Counted from the first letter of the stretch, positions 29,952-40,463 are shown. The stretch is DNA of 64,000 nt from an uncultured delta proteobacterium (GCA_963755715.1 CAVWLW010000026.1:1-64000); one strand, 5' to 3'. Notes: generated by a model from the letters alone, not told the origin. Program-made: numbers and translations.

Positions 29952-31013
29952 ATGAGCGACTCACACTCCGCACCTGAAACTCCCGAGCTTCGCGCGCTGC
30001 ACGCGCGTTTAGCCGAGTATTCGCTCGGCGGGCATTGGCAAACACGGGAGCAAAATCCTGATCTGGTGCCGCATCTCTGGCCATGGTCGGTGATTTACTC
30101 CTGTCTTATGGAGTCGGGCGAAGTCGTCAAGCTGGGCGGCGTAGAAGACGCGGCCAATCGGCGCACCGTGCAGCTTGTCAATCCCGCGCTCACCCAAAGG
30201 AAGGCAACCTCGCGCACGTTGCAGATGTCGATTCAACTCGTCAAGCCGGGTGAACGCGCCGAATGCCACCGGCATACACCGGCGGCGCTGCGCTTCGTAG
30301 TCGAAGGCGACGGCACGGGCTACACCAATGTCGAAGGCGAAGAAATGCTGATGGAACCCGGCGACCTCGTGCTGACGCCGAACTGGACGTGGCACGATCA
30401 TTTCAACCCTGGAAAAAATAACATCGTCTGGCTGGACGTACTCGACGCTCATCTCACCCGCCATCTCGACGCCGGCTTTCATGAAAGTTACGGTGAGGGT
30501 CCGGCGCAGCCGATCGTGAAGCACGACGGCTATTGCAAACAGCAGTATGGCGCGATCCGACCGCGCGTGACTAACATCAGCAGCGCCGCGTTACCCTACA
30601 CCTACAAGTGGCGCGACACCCTGAAAGCGTTGAACGAAGTCGCCGCCGCGGGCAACCGTGATGCTTATGATGGCATCTTGCTCGAATACACTCACCCGCT
30701 CACCGGCGGACCGACGATGCCGACCATCGGCTGTTGGGTGCAGATGATTCCGCCGGGTGAAACCACTAAAGCGCACCGTCACACCAGCAGCGGCATTTAT
30801 CACGTCGTTCAAGGTCAAGGCCTTACTGCCGTAGGAAAATCAAAGGGCGCGCCAAAGGATCTGGCTTGGGGCGCGCATGACTGCTTCTTCGTGCCGTCGT
30901 GGAACTGGCATTATTTCAAGAACGCTTCGAGCACGGAACCGGCGATCATTTTTTCGGTAACCGATCGACCGGTGCTCGAAAGCTTGGGGCTGTTCCGCGA
31001 AGAGGAAGCTTAA
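29952..31013 (+). CDS. Gentisate 1,2-dioxygenase-family bicupin
   Basis: HRHTPAALRF, LTPNWTWHDH, NP/HPLTGGPTMPT, HRHTSS, VPSWNWH. Confidence 0.88.
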   Translation: MSDSHSAPETPELRALHARLAEYSLGGHWQTREQNPDLVPHLWPWSVIYSCLMESGEVVKLGGVEDAANRRTVQLVNPALTQRKATSRTLQMSIQLVKPGERAECHRHTPAALRFVVEGDGTGYTNVEGEEMLMEPGDLVLTPNWTWHDHFNPGKNNIVWLDVLDAHLTRHLDAGFHESYGEGPAQPIVKHDGYCKQQYGAIRPRVTNISSAALPYTYKWRDTLKALNEVAAAGNRDAYDGILLEYTHPLTGGPTMPTIGCWVQMIPPGETTKAHRHTSSGIYHVVQGQGLTAVGKSKGAPKDLAWGAHDCFFVPSWNWHYFKNASSTEPAIIFSVTDRPVLESLGLFREEEA

Positions 31014-31082
31014 GGAAGAAAGATCGAGCATTTCGTGTTAATCAAATGAAAGCAAATTTTCCAAGCTAATAAGGAGGATCTC

Positions 31083-32044
31083 ATGGCATCAGTAGCTGAA
31101 TTAAAGAAGACGGTAAAAGGATTGGTCATGCCGATCCCAGCGGTGTTCGACGGCAAAGGAGAACCGGATTTGCCGATGATGGAAAAATTGACCGACTGGT
31201 ATTTGGACTCCGGCGTCCATGGATTTTTCATTCTCGGATCGCAAGGCCAGGGCCCGGCGACCACGATCGAGCAGCGCAAGGCGATCGCCGAGACGGTGGT
31301 CAAGCCGCGTCAACAAGACGCGTGCCGTGCATCGTGCAGATCGGCGCCGTCGAACCCTACACCAGCATCGAACTCGGCCACCACGCCAAACAGATCGGCG
31401 CCGACGGCGTCGGCATCGTCGGTCCCTACTACTACAGCGATCGTAACGAGTGGGAATTGATCGAGCACTACAAAGTGGTCGACAAAGAAGTAAACATGCC
31501 GATCCTGCTCTACAATAATCCGGAATATTCCGGCTATCCGATTCCGCCGGCCATGATGAAAAAGATGCGCGACGAAATGCCGAACATTTTTGCCGCAAAG
31601 CTCGCCATGGGCAACATCGATCAAGCCGTGAATTATCTGCGCGTGCTCTCGCGCGAATTCGTCATTTTCATTCCGATCACCCAGATGCTCCCGGGCATGC
31701 TCGTCGGCGTCGCCGGCAGCATCGCCGCAGGCTCGCCCGTCACGGTGCCGGAAGCCGGCGTGCAACTGATCGAAGCGATCTGGGATAAAGATTTAGACCG
31801 GGCGCAAAAGATCCAGGTCGTGATGCTCGAACATGGCGAACGCATCGCGCCGATTCGCGCCTACGGCCGAAGGATCACGCTCGAAGGCCTGCGCCTGCGC
31901 GGCCTGGCGGTGAAAGAATATCCGCGCTGGCCGACCAAGCCGCTTTCTGCGGAACACATGAAGCTCTACGAGGAAAACATGAAACGCTTCCTCGACGAGC
32001 TCGCGGCGTTGACACCCGCACCGAAGAAAAAAGTCGCGGTTTAG
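31083..32044 (+). CDS. DapA/NAL-family aldolase (frameshifts near 31305-31320)
   Basis: GVHGFFILGSQGQ, GPYYY, LLYNNP, AAKLA Schiff-base Lys. Confidence 0.85.
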
Positions 32045-32069
32045 ATTTAGAAAGAACTAGCAGTCGGAC

Positions 32070-32111
32070 AAAGCGGCGGAAGGAATCGCCTTCCGCCGCT
32101 TTTGTGTTTTT
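32070..32111 (+). terminator. Rho-independent terminator
   Basis: AAAGCGGCGGAAGG-aatcg-CCTTCCGCCGCTTT then TGTGTTTTT. Confidence 0.85.
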
Positions 32112-32190
32112 AGGCGCTGCGTGGTCAATTGCGCGGCCACAGGTCGAGTGAGCCTGTGTAACCGTCTTGCTACCCCCAGGCAGAGCGCGC

Positions 32191-32257
32191 CCCTAACGCC
32201 TAATCGCTCCGGTTCAGCGGCAGCCGCAGGGCCGTCCGCTGCAACCGGTTGTTAGAC
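32191..32257 (-). mobile_element. Integron attC site 1
   Basis: Minus strand GTCTAAC-AACCG-GTTGCAGC..GCTGAAC-CGGAGC-G(A)TTAGGC, with a second GTTAGGG adjacent. Confidence 0.8.
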
Positions 32258-32266
32258 CGCTTGATT

Positions 32267-33124
32267 TTAGGTGGTCGCCACTAGCAGTTCCTCTGAATTA
32301 TTTGGCGGACGAAGGCCATCTGTCCTGCCCGCGAAGTAGCGTTGGGCAAGCGTAGCTGCCGATACGTGCTGGACCTCTCTAAAGCCGGCATCGCGGGCCA
32401 GTGTCAGCATCTCTGTCGGCGTGAAGAAGCTGATGAAGGGCGTGCCGTTTGCTCGCGCCCCCGCTGCCGCTCGCTCAATCCCGGGACGCACCTCGGGGTC
32501 CGCCAGCTCGATCGGAAGCATGAACGACATGGCGAGCGTGGAGCCCGGAGCGAGCGCCGCGACCTGGCGCAGCGTCGCCGCGATCGCGTCCTTGGTCAGG
32601 TACATGCTGACACCGGTGGACGCCACGACCGCCGGCCGCCCGGAGTCGAAGCCCGACGCTGCCAGCCGCTCCCACCACGCGTCGCCTGCCTCGAAGTCGA
32701 CCGGCACGAGCCGCAGGAACGACGGGATGCCGAGGCCGAGGTCGACGAGGCGCTGGCGCTTCCACGCCTGAGGGCCGGGCTGATCGATCTCGAACACGAG
32801 CAGACGGGAGGCAAGCTCCGGCCGACGCTGGGCGAAGGTGTCCAGGCCCGCTCCGAGGATGACGTACTGCCCGACGCCACGGGCAGCTTGTTCCGCGACG
32901 AGATCTTCGATGAAGCGGGCGCGGGCCACGATGGAGGCGCGGAAGGGCCGCGTGAACGGGCTCATGTCCGGACGGCTGCGCCATCCGTCGTCTGGAGCCG
33001 CCAGCTTCAAGCCGACTTCGTCTTCGAACACGTGCGGCGGCGAATCGACTTCTACGTGCAGCGCCCGCCACAAGGCGACCCGCACCGCCGTGTTGTCTGG
33101 CGCCGCCACTTGCTTATCATGCAT
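32267..33124 (-). CDS. SAM-dependent methyltransferase (LCM/O-MT family), integron cassette gene
   Basis: TAVRVALWRA, ARARFIED, VILGAGLDT, FEIDQP, VPVDF. Confidence 0.9.
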   Translation of the reverse strand: MHDKQVAAPDNTAVRVALWRALHVEVDSPPHVFEDEVGLKLAAPDDGWRSRPDMSPFTRPFRASIVARARFIEDLVAEQAARGVGQYVILGAGLDTFAQRRPELASRLLVFEIDQPGPQAWKRQRLVDLGLGIPSFLRLVPVDFEAGDAWWERLAASGFDSGRPAVVASTGVSMYLTKDAIAATLRQVAALAPGSTLAMSFMLPIELADPEVRPGIERAAAGARANGTPFISFFTPTEMLTLARDAGFREVQHVSAATLAQRYFAGRTDGLRPPNNSEELLVATT

Positions 33125-33157
33125 GACGTTCTCTCTCTTGGTTTTCGGCTGTTGTCG

Positions 33158-33215
33158 GTCTAACGTCCGCGTTCAGCCGCCGCCGAAGGCGGTATGCTGC
33201 AACGCGTTGTTATGC
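33158..33215 (-). mobile_element. Integron attC site 2
   Basis: Minus strand GCATAAC-AACGC-GTTGCAGC..GCTGAAC-GCGGAC-GTTAGAC, 58-bp hairpin with extrahelical G. Confidence 0.88.
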
Positions 33216-33277
33216 GGTATTTGAATGGGTGTCGCACAAATACGTGCCCATCTTGCTGGGCTCCGATCGGACGTGCG

Positions 33278-34087
33278 CTATTTGCCCACGAATGTTGGAC
33301 GACGTTTCTCAACGAAGGCTGCTACACCTTCCTGAGCGTCAAGGGTTGGAACTATGCGCGCGAACGCCGCTTCTTCGATTGCAAGCCCATCGTCAATCGA
33401 CGCATCCATGCCGCGATGGATCGCTGAGAGTGCGGCCGCCAGTGTCAGTGGAGGTTTGGTGGCAAGCTCGTTCGCCAGCGCTATTGCCTCCCGAAGAAGA
33501 TCGGCGTCCGCGACGACACGGTTAATCAAGCCTAAGCTGGCGGCCTCTTTTGATGTGAACACGCGCCCGGTCAGAATCAATTCAATCGCCGCCTTCCGAC
33601 CGACATTGCGCGGCAAGCGCTGAGTACCGCCAAAGGCCGGCATTATCCCGATATTAATCTCGGCCTTCGAGAATGTAGCGGTCTCCGCCGCAAGCGCGAT
33701 GTGAGTGGATTCCGTCAGTTCGCATCCCCCGCCGAACGCAATTCCATTTACCGCCGCGATAATCGGCTTGGGGAAGGATTCCACGCGCCGGGTCATCTGA
33801 TGGCCAGGGCGCATGAAGTGCATAACGGCATCCGCTGGTCCAGCTCGCATATGTTTCTGAAACGCCGCGATGTCGGCTCCAGCACTGAACGCTCGGCCAG
33901 CTCCCGTTATCACAACGACCCGAACGGACGAGTCGAGTTCGATGCTATTCAACGCATTCATTATGCCAGCGATTAGCTCATTGCTAAGCGCGTTGAGCTT
34001 GTCGGGCCGGTTCAGCGTCAAGATCGCCACTGGGCCGCGATCCTCACGCAAGAGAATGGAGGACGATTCCTGCTTTGTCATGCTCAT
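33278..34087 (-). CDS. Enoyl-CoA hydratase/crotonase, integron cassette gene
   Basis: LNRPDKLNAL, FSAGADI, AFGGGCE, AEINIG..PAFGGTQRL. Confidence 0.92.
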   Translation of the reverse strand: MSMTKQESSSILLREDRGPVAILTLNRPDKLNALSNELIAGIMNALNSIELDSSVRVVVITGAGRAFSAGADIAAFQKHMRAGPADAVMHFMRPGHQMTRRVESFPKPIIAAVNGIAFGGGCELTESTHIALAAETATFSKAEINIGIMPAFGGTQRLPRNVGRKAAIELILTGRVFTSKEAASLGLINRVVADADLLREAIALANELATKPPLTLAAALSAIHRGMDASIDDGLAIEEAAFARIVPTLDAQEGVAAFVEKRRPTFVGK

Positions 34088-34146
34088 GTTTCCTCGATGT
34101 TGCTTCGGGCTATAGGAATTTCAACTGCCACATTTTGCCAGTAACC

Positions 34147-34176
34147 AATGTATTTCCTGATATCGCATGCGGTCAA
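34147..34176 (-). promoter_or_regulatory. Putative cassette-internal sigma70 promoter
   Basis: TTGACC-N18-TACATT upstream of crotonase; repeated CCGCATG nearby. Confidence 0.4.
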
Positions 34177-34268
34177 CCGCTCGCATTTTCATGCGGACCA
34201 CAATTGGAGCTATCCACTTTCCGCCCTGGGCGACAGACTATTGCGAAATGAGTTTTCTTGCCGCATAA

Positions 34269-34619
34269 CTATTCCGCCAACAAATGATGCTCGTCCAATA
34301 CACACGAACCGAATCGACCCTGAAAGAGGTAGCCGCGCACCCCAGCGGAAAAATTTTTCATCCGTGTGTAGCGCCGGTGCGCTTCGCCGATCGCCCGCGC
34401 CAACAACCTTGCATCGCTCGCCACCACGATGAGATGGGTATGATTTGTCATCAAACACCAAGCCAGAACTTCAACTGAGAACCGCTTCAATTCCTCGGCC
34501 ATGAAACCGAGATGCGCAATTCGATCTCCATCGTCATCGAAGATCGGCATAGATCGTACGCCGCGCTGTGTGACGTGGTGGGGATACCCTGAGGCGACGA
34601 GTCGGGAAATACGCGCCAT
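34269..34619 (-). pseudogene. Truncated RAYT-type Y1 transposase
   Basis: MAR..R, PHHVTQRG, WCLMTNHTHL, GYLFQGRF; stops before the Y..NP catalytic motif, at cassette core GTTATGC. Confidence 0.85.
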
Positions 34620-34839
34620 GCGCGAAACCTAATCGAGTCGAATATTCTCAGTCAAGAGAAAATTGGTATTGTGTCCTCGGAATTCTGCCCCTATCCCACT
34701 ATCGGCCCGCAGTCTCTCCCCGAGGCGACATCGCGTTTTAATATTCATAGTAAGCGGTCCGCTGGACTTTGAACACCTCGACCCCAGCGATCCGAGTGGC
34801 GACGCCTGTGTCTTCGTTCCTCCCGATAAATTTCCCATC

Positions 34840-35964
34840 CTACAACCGATACAGCTCCGCCGCGTTTCTCCACAACACCCGTTCGCGGGCTTCAGCAGTT
34901 AGGCCCTTGAAACAATGATCGATCGTTTCCCGGGTTCGCGGCCAAGTCGAATTCGCGAGCGGGAGATTGGCCGACCAGAGAATATGATCGGCGCCGATGT
35001 AATCGGCGAAGGGTGCGATTTGATCGTACCAAGAATTGAAAAAGCATTGACGCTTGAACATTTGTAAAGGCGTAAGATCGTAACCCTCGCGAGCCAGACC
35101 GTCGTGTTCGAACTGGTGGTCGGCCCATTCCAAATAGAGCATGCCCCAACTGAGCGCGCTCTCAGCCAATACCAAGCGCAGCTTCGGGTGGCGCAACAAG
35201 ACCCGCGAAAAAGAGTAAAGGGAAATCACGAACACAGTCGATACCGGTTTGGTGGCCGCGTCCAGGGCCGCGGCCAGAGCCGGTTTCATCTGCGGCGGCA
35301 GCGGCGACTGTAATTCTGGCGACGCCCCCGCGTGGAGACAGACCGGCACCGCTAACTCTTCGCACACGGACCAGAGCGGGTCGTATTCCGGTCCACTGAC
35401 ATGGGGAACCTTACGCAGGTGCATGGGCAAGGACGGAAAGATCACGCCGCGATGACCTCGGCCCACCGCGCGTCGGATCTCCGCAATCGCCGCTTCGACC
35501 GGCCAGATCGGCACGAGGCACTGCGGGATGAAGCGATCGCTGGCGCTCGCCCATTCATCAATAAGCCAATCGTTGTAGGCTTGGACGCAGGCGATTTCCA
35601 GCTCGGAGTCTTGCAGGCGGCCGAACGTCTCTCCTGCCAAACCGGCGACCGTCGGGTAGAGTACCGAATAGTCGATGCCCGCGGCATCCATTGCCTTCAA
35701 ACGCTCCGTGGGCGTAAACGCCGGCCCCGGCACATCGGCCCAGCGTTTGGGATCTTCATTACGATCCGCCATCAATGCCCCGGCCCGAGCGGTGCGGCCA
35801 TCGAGGAGCAGTTGACCATCCAAGAACCACTGCTCGCTGCCATCTTTCGTGGTTGCTAAATGGGGCACCCGGTCGCCAAACTTTTTCTTGAGCCGATCGA
35901 TCCACAAGTTGGGCACCTCCTGGACATGATCGTCGACGCTGATGAAGCCGTATTTCAATTGCAT
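34840..35964 (-). CDS. Amidohydrolase_2 family protein
   Basis: SVDDHVQE, MDAAGID, AYNDWL, YDPLW, LHAG. Confidence 0.88.
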   Translation of the reverse strand: MQLKYGFISVDDHVQEVPNLWIDRLKKKFGDRVPHLATTKDGSEQWFLDGQLLLDGRTARAGALMADRNEDPKRWADVPGPAFTPTERLKAMDAAGIDYSVLYPTVAGLAGETFGRLQDSELEIACVQAYNDWLIDEWASASDRFIPQCLVPIWPVEAAIAEIRRAVGRGHRGVIFPSLPMHLRKVPHVSGPEYDPLWSVCEELAVPVCLHAGASPELQSPLPPQMKPALAAALDAATKPVSTVFVISLYSFSRVLLRHPKLRLVLAESALSWGMLYLEWADHQFEHDGLAREGYDLTPLQMFKRQCFFNSWYDQIAPFADYIGADHILWSANLPLANSTWPRTRETIDHCFKGLTAEARERVLWRNAAELYRL

Positions 35965-35989
35965 GCAAATTTTTCCTCTCTGAAAATGT

Positions 35990-36072
35990 TCACCACGAAG
36001 GACGCGAAGAGCACGAAGTCCGGAGTAATAATCTTTCCGAACCCTTCGTGTCCTTCGCGATCTTCGTGGTGA
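35990..36072. repeat. CACCACGAAG-family palindromic repeat
   Basis: tcaccacgaag..cttcgtggtga. Confidence 0.8.
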
Positions 36073-36111
36073 GGGCGGACTTTCTCCCCAAGCACCGCAA
36101 ATTTGGAGCAC

Positions 36112-37260
36112 TTAAGCCGGCAGGACGGCGTCGATCTTGTACAGCCGCACTGCGTTCTCATATTGCATCTTGCATCGGTCTGCTTCAGGCACGCCTTTGA
36201 GAACGCGGTCGACCTCGCGCCAGGAATGCGGATAATACGATGCCACGTGAGGAAAATCGGACTCCCACATGATGTTATCGACACCGATATCATCCCTCAG
36301 CTTGATGCCTTCGGCTTCGAACCAAAAATTCACGTACATTTGGCGCCGCACGATTTCGCTGGGCCGCGTGATCACGCCTTCGGTCCAGAGATGGCGGCTC
36401 TCCCACTCGTGGTCACAGGAAGCGATGACGTAGTTCAGGCTGCCGACACCGGCTTCGGGAAACACACTCACCAAACCGGGGAACCTTTCGGTAATCCCGG
36501 AGAAAATGAATTGCGGCACGATCTGCGCCGGCGTCACCGCCGACGTGGCGGTCTGCGCCGAATGAGCCTGGCGCGGCGAGTAGCCGCTCCATTTGCGCAC
36601 CGAAGAGCCTGCACTTAAGCCCGCTGAGCCATGAAAATGGATTGGTAGCTCCAATGCCTGACAAACCTCCCAAACCGGATACCAGTAAGGATCGGTGATG
36701 TGCGGCTGCCCTTTGGGCATCTGCCCCATCAGGTTAACGCCGCGGTGGCCCGCCGCCGCGGCGCGTTCGAGCTCCCGTTTAATCACTTCCGGCGAACTCA
36801 AGTACGGCACGATCGCCAAGGGCACATACCGGTCGCTGGCCCGGTACCACTCGGCCAGCGCGTCATTGTATGCGCGCACCACGTCCAATTCGAACTCGAC
36901 ATCGCCAAACTCGAAAAACGATCCGCCCGGAGGGTTGGGAAACAGCACTTCGGCGTCGACCCCATCGGCATCGAGCATCGCGAGCCGCGCCTGCGGATCG
37001 TGGTACGCCTTGGGAATTTGTTCGTAGAGCTTCGGATAGGTCGGGAACGGTTCGCCCATCAGAGCGGGACAATTGGCAACGTTGCCGTGCTGCGGCTCGC
37101 CGTACACCGACCAGCGATCGACTCGCTTGCCATTTTCATTCAGCTCAACAATATGCGGAATGCGCTCGCCCCACTTGCTAGCGGACATGCGCTCGATGAA
37201 ATCGTTGCGGTCAAAACCCGCATGGGAATCGGCGCTAATAAGTTTATGTTTGATCTCCAT
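36112..37260 (-). CDS. Amidohydrolase_2 family protein
   Basis: SADSH, LDADGVDAEVLFP, AYND, IHFH, WESDFPH. Confidence 0.9.
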   Translation of the reverse strand: MEIKHKLISADSHAGFDRNDFIERMSASKWGERIPHIVELNENGKRVDRWSVYGEPQHGNVANCPALMGEPFPTYPKLYEQIPKAYHDPQARLAMLDADGVDAEVLFPNPPGGSFFEFGDVEFELDVVRAYNDALAEWYRASDRYVPLAIVPYLSSPEVIKRELERAAAAGHRGVNLMGQMPKGQPHITDPYWYPVWEVCQALELPIHFHGSAGLSAGSSVRKWSGYSPRQAHSAQTATSAVTPAQIVPQFIFSGITERFPGLVSVFPEAGVGSLNYVIASCDHEWESRHLWTEGVITRPSEIVRRQMYVNFWFEAEGIKLRDDIGVDNIMWESDFPHVASYYPHSWREVDRVLKGVPEADRCKMQYENAVRLYKIDAVLPA

Positions 37261-37325
37261 ACTTTCTCCTCTATCCTGGCTTTCTTTTACGTATCTCGCA
37301 ACCAACGCGTCACGTTAAAGCAGTA

Positions 37326-37413
37326 TTCACCACGAAGGACACGAAGAGTTCACAGAGTTCGGAGAATGTTCTTATCCAGAAACCTTCGTGTCCTTCGTGA
37401 TCTTCGTGGTGAA
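37326..37413. repeat. CACCACGAAG-family palindromic repeat
   Basis: ttcaccacgaag..cttcgtggtgaa. Confidence 0.8.
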
Positions 37414-37452
37414 ATCATCATCACAGTACACAGCGGACCATGAGTATTTCTG

Positions 37453-38428
37453 CTACTTCACTTCGTGGCAGGCGACCCAATGGCCGCTTTGTTTCGCTTC
37501 CAATAGTGGCTCTATCGAGCGGCATTTTTCAACCCGGATCGGGCAGCGCGGCTCCAGACGGCAAGCGTCCGGCGGATTAACCGGCATCGTGATTTCGCCC
37601 TTGAGGGAGGGTGGCAGATAGGACGTGAACGACGCAATCGTCGGGTTCGCAGCCAAAAGCGCTTTGGTATAGGGATGCATGGGCGTTTTAAAGATGTTCT
37701 CAACGGGAGCGATTTCCATCATCTTGCCGGCATACATGACACCGACCATATCCGCCAGATATCCCACCACGTTGAGATCATGGGATATAAAGACCATGCT
37801 GAGCTTCAGTTCGCGCTGCAAGCGTTTTAATAAATTCAGTACCTGTGCCTGCACCGAGACATCGAGCGACGACACCGGTTCATCGGCAATGATCAATCTA
37901 GGGTTGGCCGCCAGAGCGCGCGCGATGCCGATGCGCTGGCGCTGGCCGCCGCTGAATTCATGTGGATAGCGGTGTAGCTGCTCGGCATTGAGACCGACCA
38001 GTTCCAGCAACTCAACCACCCTATCAACTTTCGCTACGCCCCGTCGCGCCGCCAAAAATGCTCACCGGCCGTCCAATGATATCGACGACCCTCATGCGCG
38101 GGTTCAGCGACGCGTAGGGATCCTGAAAAATCATCTGAATCTGCTTGCGCAGCTCGCGCACCGCCTTGTTGGGAAGGCTGAGGATCTCTCTCCCTTCGAA
38201 GTAAACCTCGCCGCCGGTCGCGGTGATAAGCCTGGTAATCAGCCGCGCCGTGGTCGATTTGCCACAGCCGCTCTCGCCCACGAGACCGAAAACTTTGCCC
38301 TCCGGGACGGTGAAGGAAATCCGATCCACGGCTTTGAGGATTTGGCGACCCATGATCAACCGGCTGGGCCAACCGCCGCTAAGGTCAAAATGTTTGGCTA
38401 AGTCCTTGACCTCTAGCAGCGACATCAT
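37453..38428 (-). CDS. Dipeptide/oligopeptide ABC ATPase (DppF/OppF-like; frameshift near 38040)
   Basis: GESGCGKS, FQDPYASLNP / FSGGQRQR, ADEP, HPYT. Confidence 0.9.
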
Positions 38429-39396
38429 GCACCCGGAAAATGACAGGACGCCCAGCTGTCGGGAAACTTTTCCTCGAGCCGCGGCACTTCGGCTCGGCAG
38501 ATCTCCTGCGCCTTGGCGCAGCGCGGGTGAAACTTACATCCGGGCGGCGGATCGAACAAATTACACACCGTTCCCGGAATCGCATGCAAAGATTCATCAC
38601 GCAGCTCCGGGCGGGGAATGGCGTTGAGCAAGGCGATGGTATAAGGGTGCTGCGGCCGTGTAAACAAAATCTTCTTTTCGGCCTGCTCGACCATGGAGCC
38701 GGCATACATCACACCGATGCGGTCGCACAGGCGCGCGACTACGCCGAGATTATGAGAGATAAAGATCAGCGCCATCTTGAATTTTTCTTGGAGCTCTTTG
38801 AGCAGCTCGATGATCTGCGCTTGAATCGTCACGTCCAACGCGGTGGTCGGTTCATCGGCGATGAGCAGCTTGGGCTCGCAGGCCAGCGCCATGGCAATCA
38901 TCACCCGTTGGCGCATCCCACCGCTCAATTCATGGGGATAACGATCCGCCAGCGTCTTCGGTGTGGGTAAGCGCACCATCGCTAAGACATTCTCAGTGCA
39001 GTCGCGGGCGACTTTTTTCGAGTGACCCAAGTGGACCTGGTAGCATTCGCCGATCTGCGTGCCGACGGTTAGCGACGGGTTGAGCGAGGTCATCGGTTCT
39101 TGGAAGATCATGGAGATTTTGCGCCCGCGGATTTTTTCCATCTCCCGCGCTGTCTTCCTGAGCAGATCTTCGCCTTCAAAGATCAGCTCGCCCTGGGCAA
39201 TCCTGGCCGGCGGCGTGGGTACGAGGCGCAGGATCGAGAGCGCCGTCACGCTTTTGCCGCAGCCGGTTTCGCCGACGATGCCGAAGGTTTCACCCTCCGA
39301 GATCGACAAAGAAAGATCCTGGACCGCCGTCAGCACGCCGCGCTTGAGGTGAAAATCGACTGAGAGATTTTTAATATCGAGGAGCGGCGGCGCCAT
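38425..39396 (-). CDS. Dipeptide/oligopeptide ABC ATPase (DppD/OppD-like)
   Basis: [33 protein letters not shown]. Confidence 0.93.
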   Translation of the reverse strand: MAPPLLDIKNLSVDFHLKRGVLTAVQDLSLSISEGETFGIVGETGCGKSVTALSILRLVPTPPARIAQGELIFEGEDLLRKTAREMEKIRGRKISMIFQEPMTSLNPSLTVGTQIGECYQVHLGHSKKVARDCTENVLAMVRLPTPKTLADRYPHELSGGMRQRVMIAMALACEPKLLIADEPTTALDVTIQAQIIELLKELQEKFKMALIFISHNLGVVARLCDRIGVMYAGSMVEQAEKKILFTRPQHPYTIALLNAIPRPELRDESLHAIPGTVCNLFDPPPGCKFHPRCAKAQEICRAEVPRLEEKFPDSWASCHFPGA

Positions 39397-39449
39397 ATTG
39401 GATTTTCTCTTCTTATTCAGTTGATGCTGAGACAATTTGTCAGGTTGAT

Positions 39450-39545
39450 ATTCACCACGAAGGCACGAAGAGCACGAAGTTGTAGGGGCGCAGCATGCTG
39501 CGCCCCTTCAGAAACCTTCGTGTCCTTCGTAATCTTCGTGGTGAA
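39450..39545. repeat. CACCACGAAG palindrome with nested REP (39482-39507)
   Basis: REP GTAGGGGCGCAGCATGCTGCGCCCCT sits in the loop. Confidence 0.8.
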
Positions 39546-39551
39546 ATACCC

Positions 39552-40451
39552 CTATCTCTCATACTGACGCGGATCAAAAACATCCCGCAGTCCGTCGCCG
39601 AGGAGATTAAAGCCTAAGATGATCAGCGAGATGGTCAGTCCCGGAAAAAATGCCGCCATCGGCTGGAGCTGAAGAAAAGGGGTTATCTCTTTCAGCATCA
39701 ATCCCCAACTGGCGGTGGGCGGCGGCAGCCCGAGGCCGAGGAAACTCAGTGAGGACTCGGCCAAGATCGCGTGAGCGAAATCGAGGCTGACACGGATGAG
39801 GAGCGGTGACAAACAATTCGGCAGCACTTGTAGAAAGAGAATACTCAGCTCCGACTCGCCCGTCATGCGCGCCGCTTGCACGTATTCTTTTTCTTTTTGC
39901 CCGAGGACGACGGCGCGAACGATTCGCGCGTAAGAAGGAATCGAGTTGATGCCAAGCGCGATGTAGAGAGAATAGAGTCCGCCACCTAACGAGGCGACCA
40001 GAGCGATGGCGAGCAATCTACCCGGAAAGGCGATGATCGCGTCCATAACCCGCATCAACGCCGCGTCGACCCAGCGGCCGCCGAAACCGGCGATGGCGCC
40101 GATCGGAATGCCAAAAAAGGCGCCGAGAAAGACCGCGCCCACGGCCACTTCAAAAGCTGTCCGCGCGCCGAACACAATTCGGCTGTAGGTGTCCCTCCCC
40201 AGGGAATCGGTTCCGAGCCAATGCTCGCTGCTCGGACTTTGCAGACGATTGGCGATGTTGATCTCGTAGGCGTCATGAGTGGCCAGATAGGGTGCGAACA
40301 ACGCCGTCACGAGCCAGGCGCAGACGATAATCAGTCCCAAAAGCGCCAGGCGATTACGGACGATCACACGGCACGCGTCGAGAAACCGCGAAAGATGTGA
40401 ATTCGCGCTATCGGCGGCGGTCAAAGTTACGGGCAATGACTCTTGCTTCAT
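39552..40451 (-). CDS. Peptide ABC permease (DppC-like)
   Basis: HWLGTDSLGRD, EYVQAA, LSFLGLG, FNLLGDGLRD. Confidence 0.93.
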   Translation of the reverse strand: MKQESLPVTLTAADSANSHLSRFLDACRVIVRNRLALLGLIIVCAWLVTALFAPYLATHDAYEINIANRLQSPSSEHWLGTDSLGRDTYSRIVFGARTAFEVAVGAVFLGAFFGIPIGAIAGFGGRWVDAALMRVMDAIIAFPGRLLAIALVASLGGGLYSLYIALGINSIPSYARIVRAVVLGQKEKEYVQAARMTGESELSILFLQVLPNCLSPLLIRVSLDFAHAILAESSLSFLGLGLPPPTASWGLMLKEITPFLQLQPMAAFFPGLTISLIILGFNLLGDGLRDVFDPRQYER

Positions 40452-40463
40452 GTTCCGTTCGAT

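Noticed and set aside
32191-32205. GATTAGGC in attC1 as proof of secondary-site insertion
   Set aside because: The extra A could be one of the frequent single-base insertion errors; unresolved without reads
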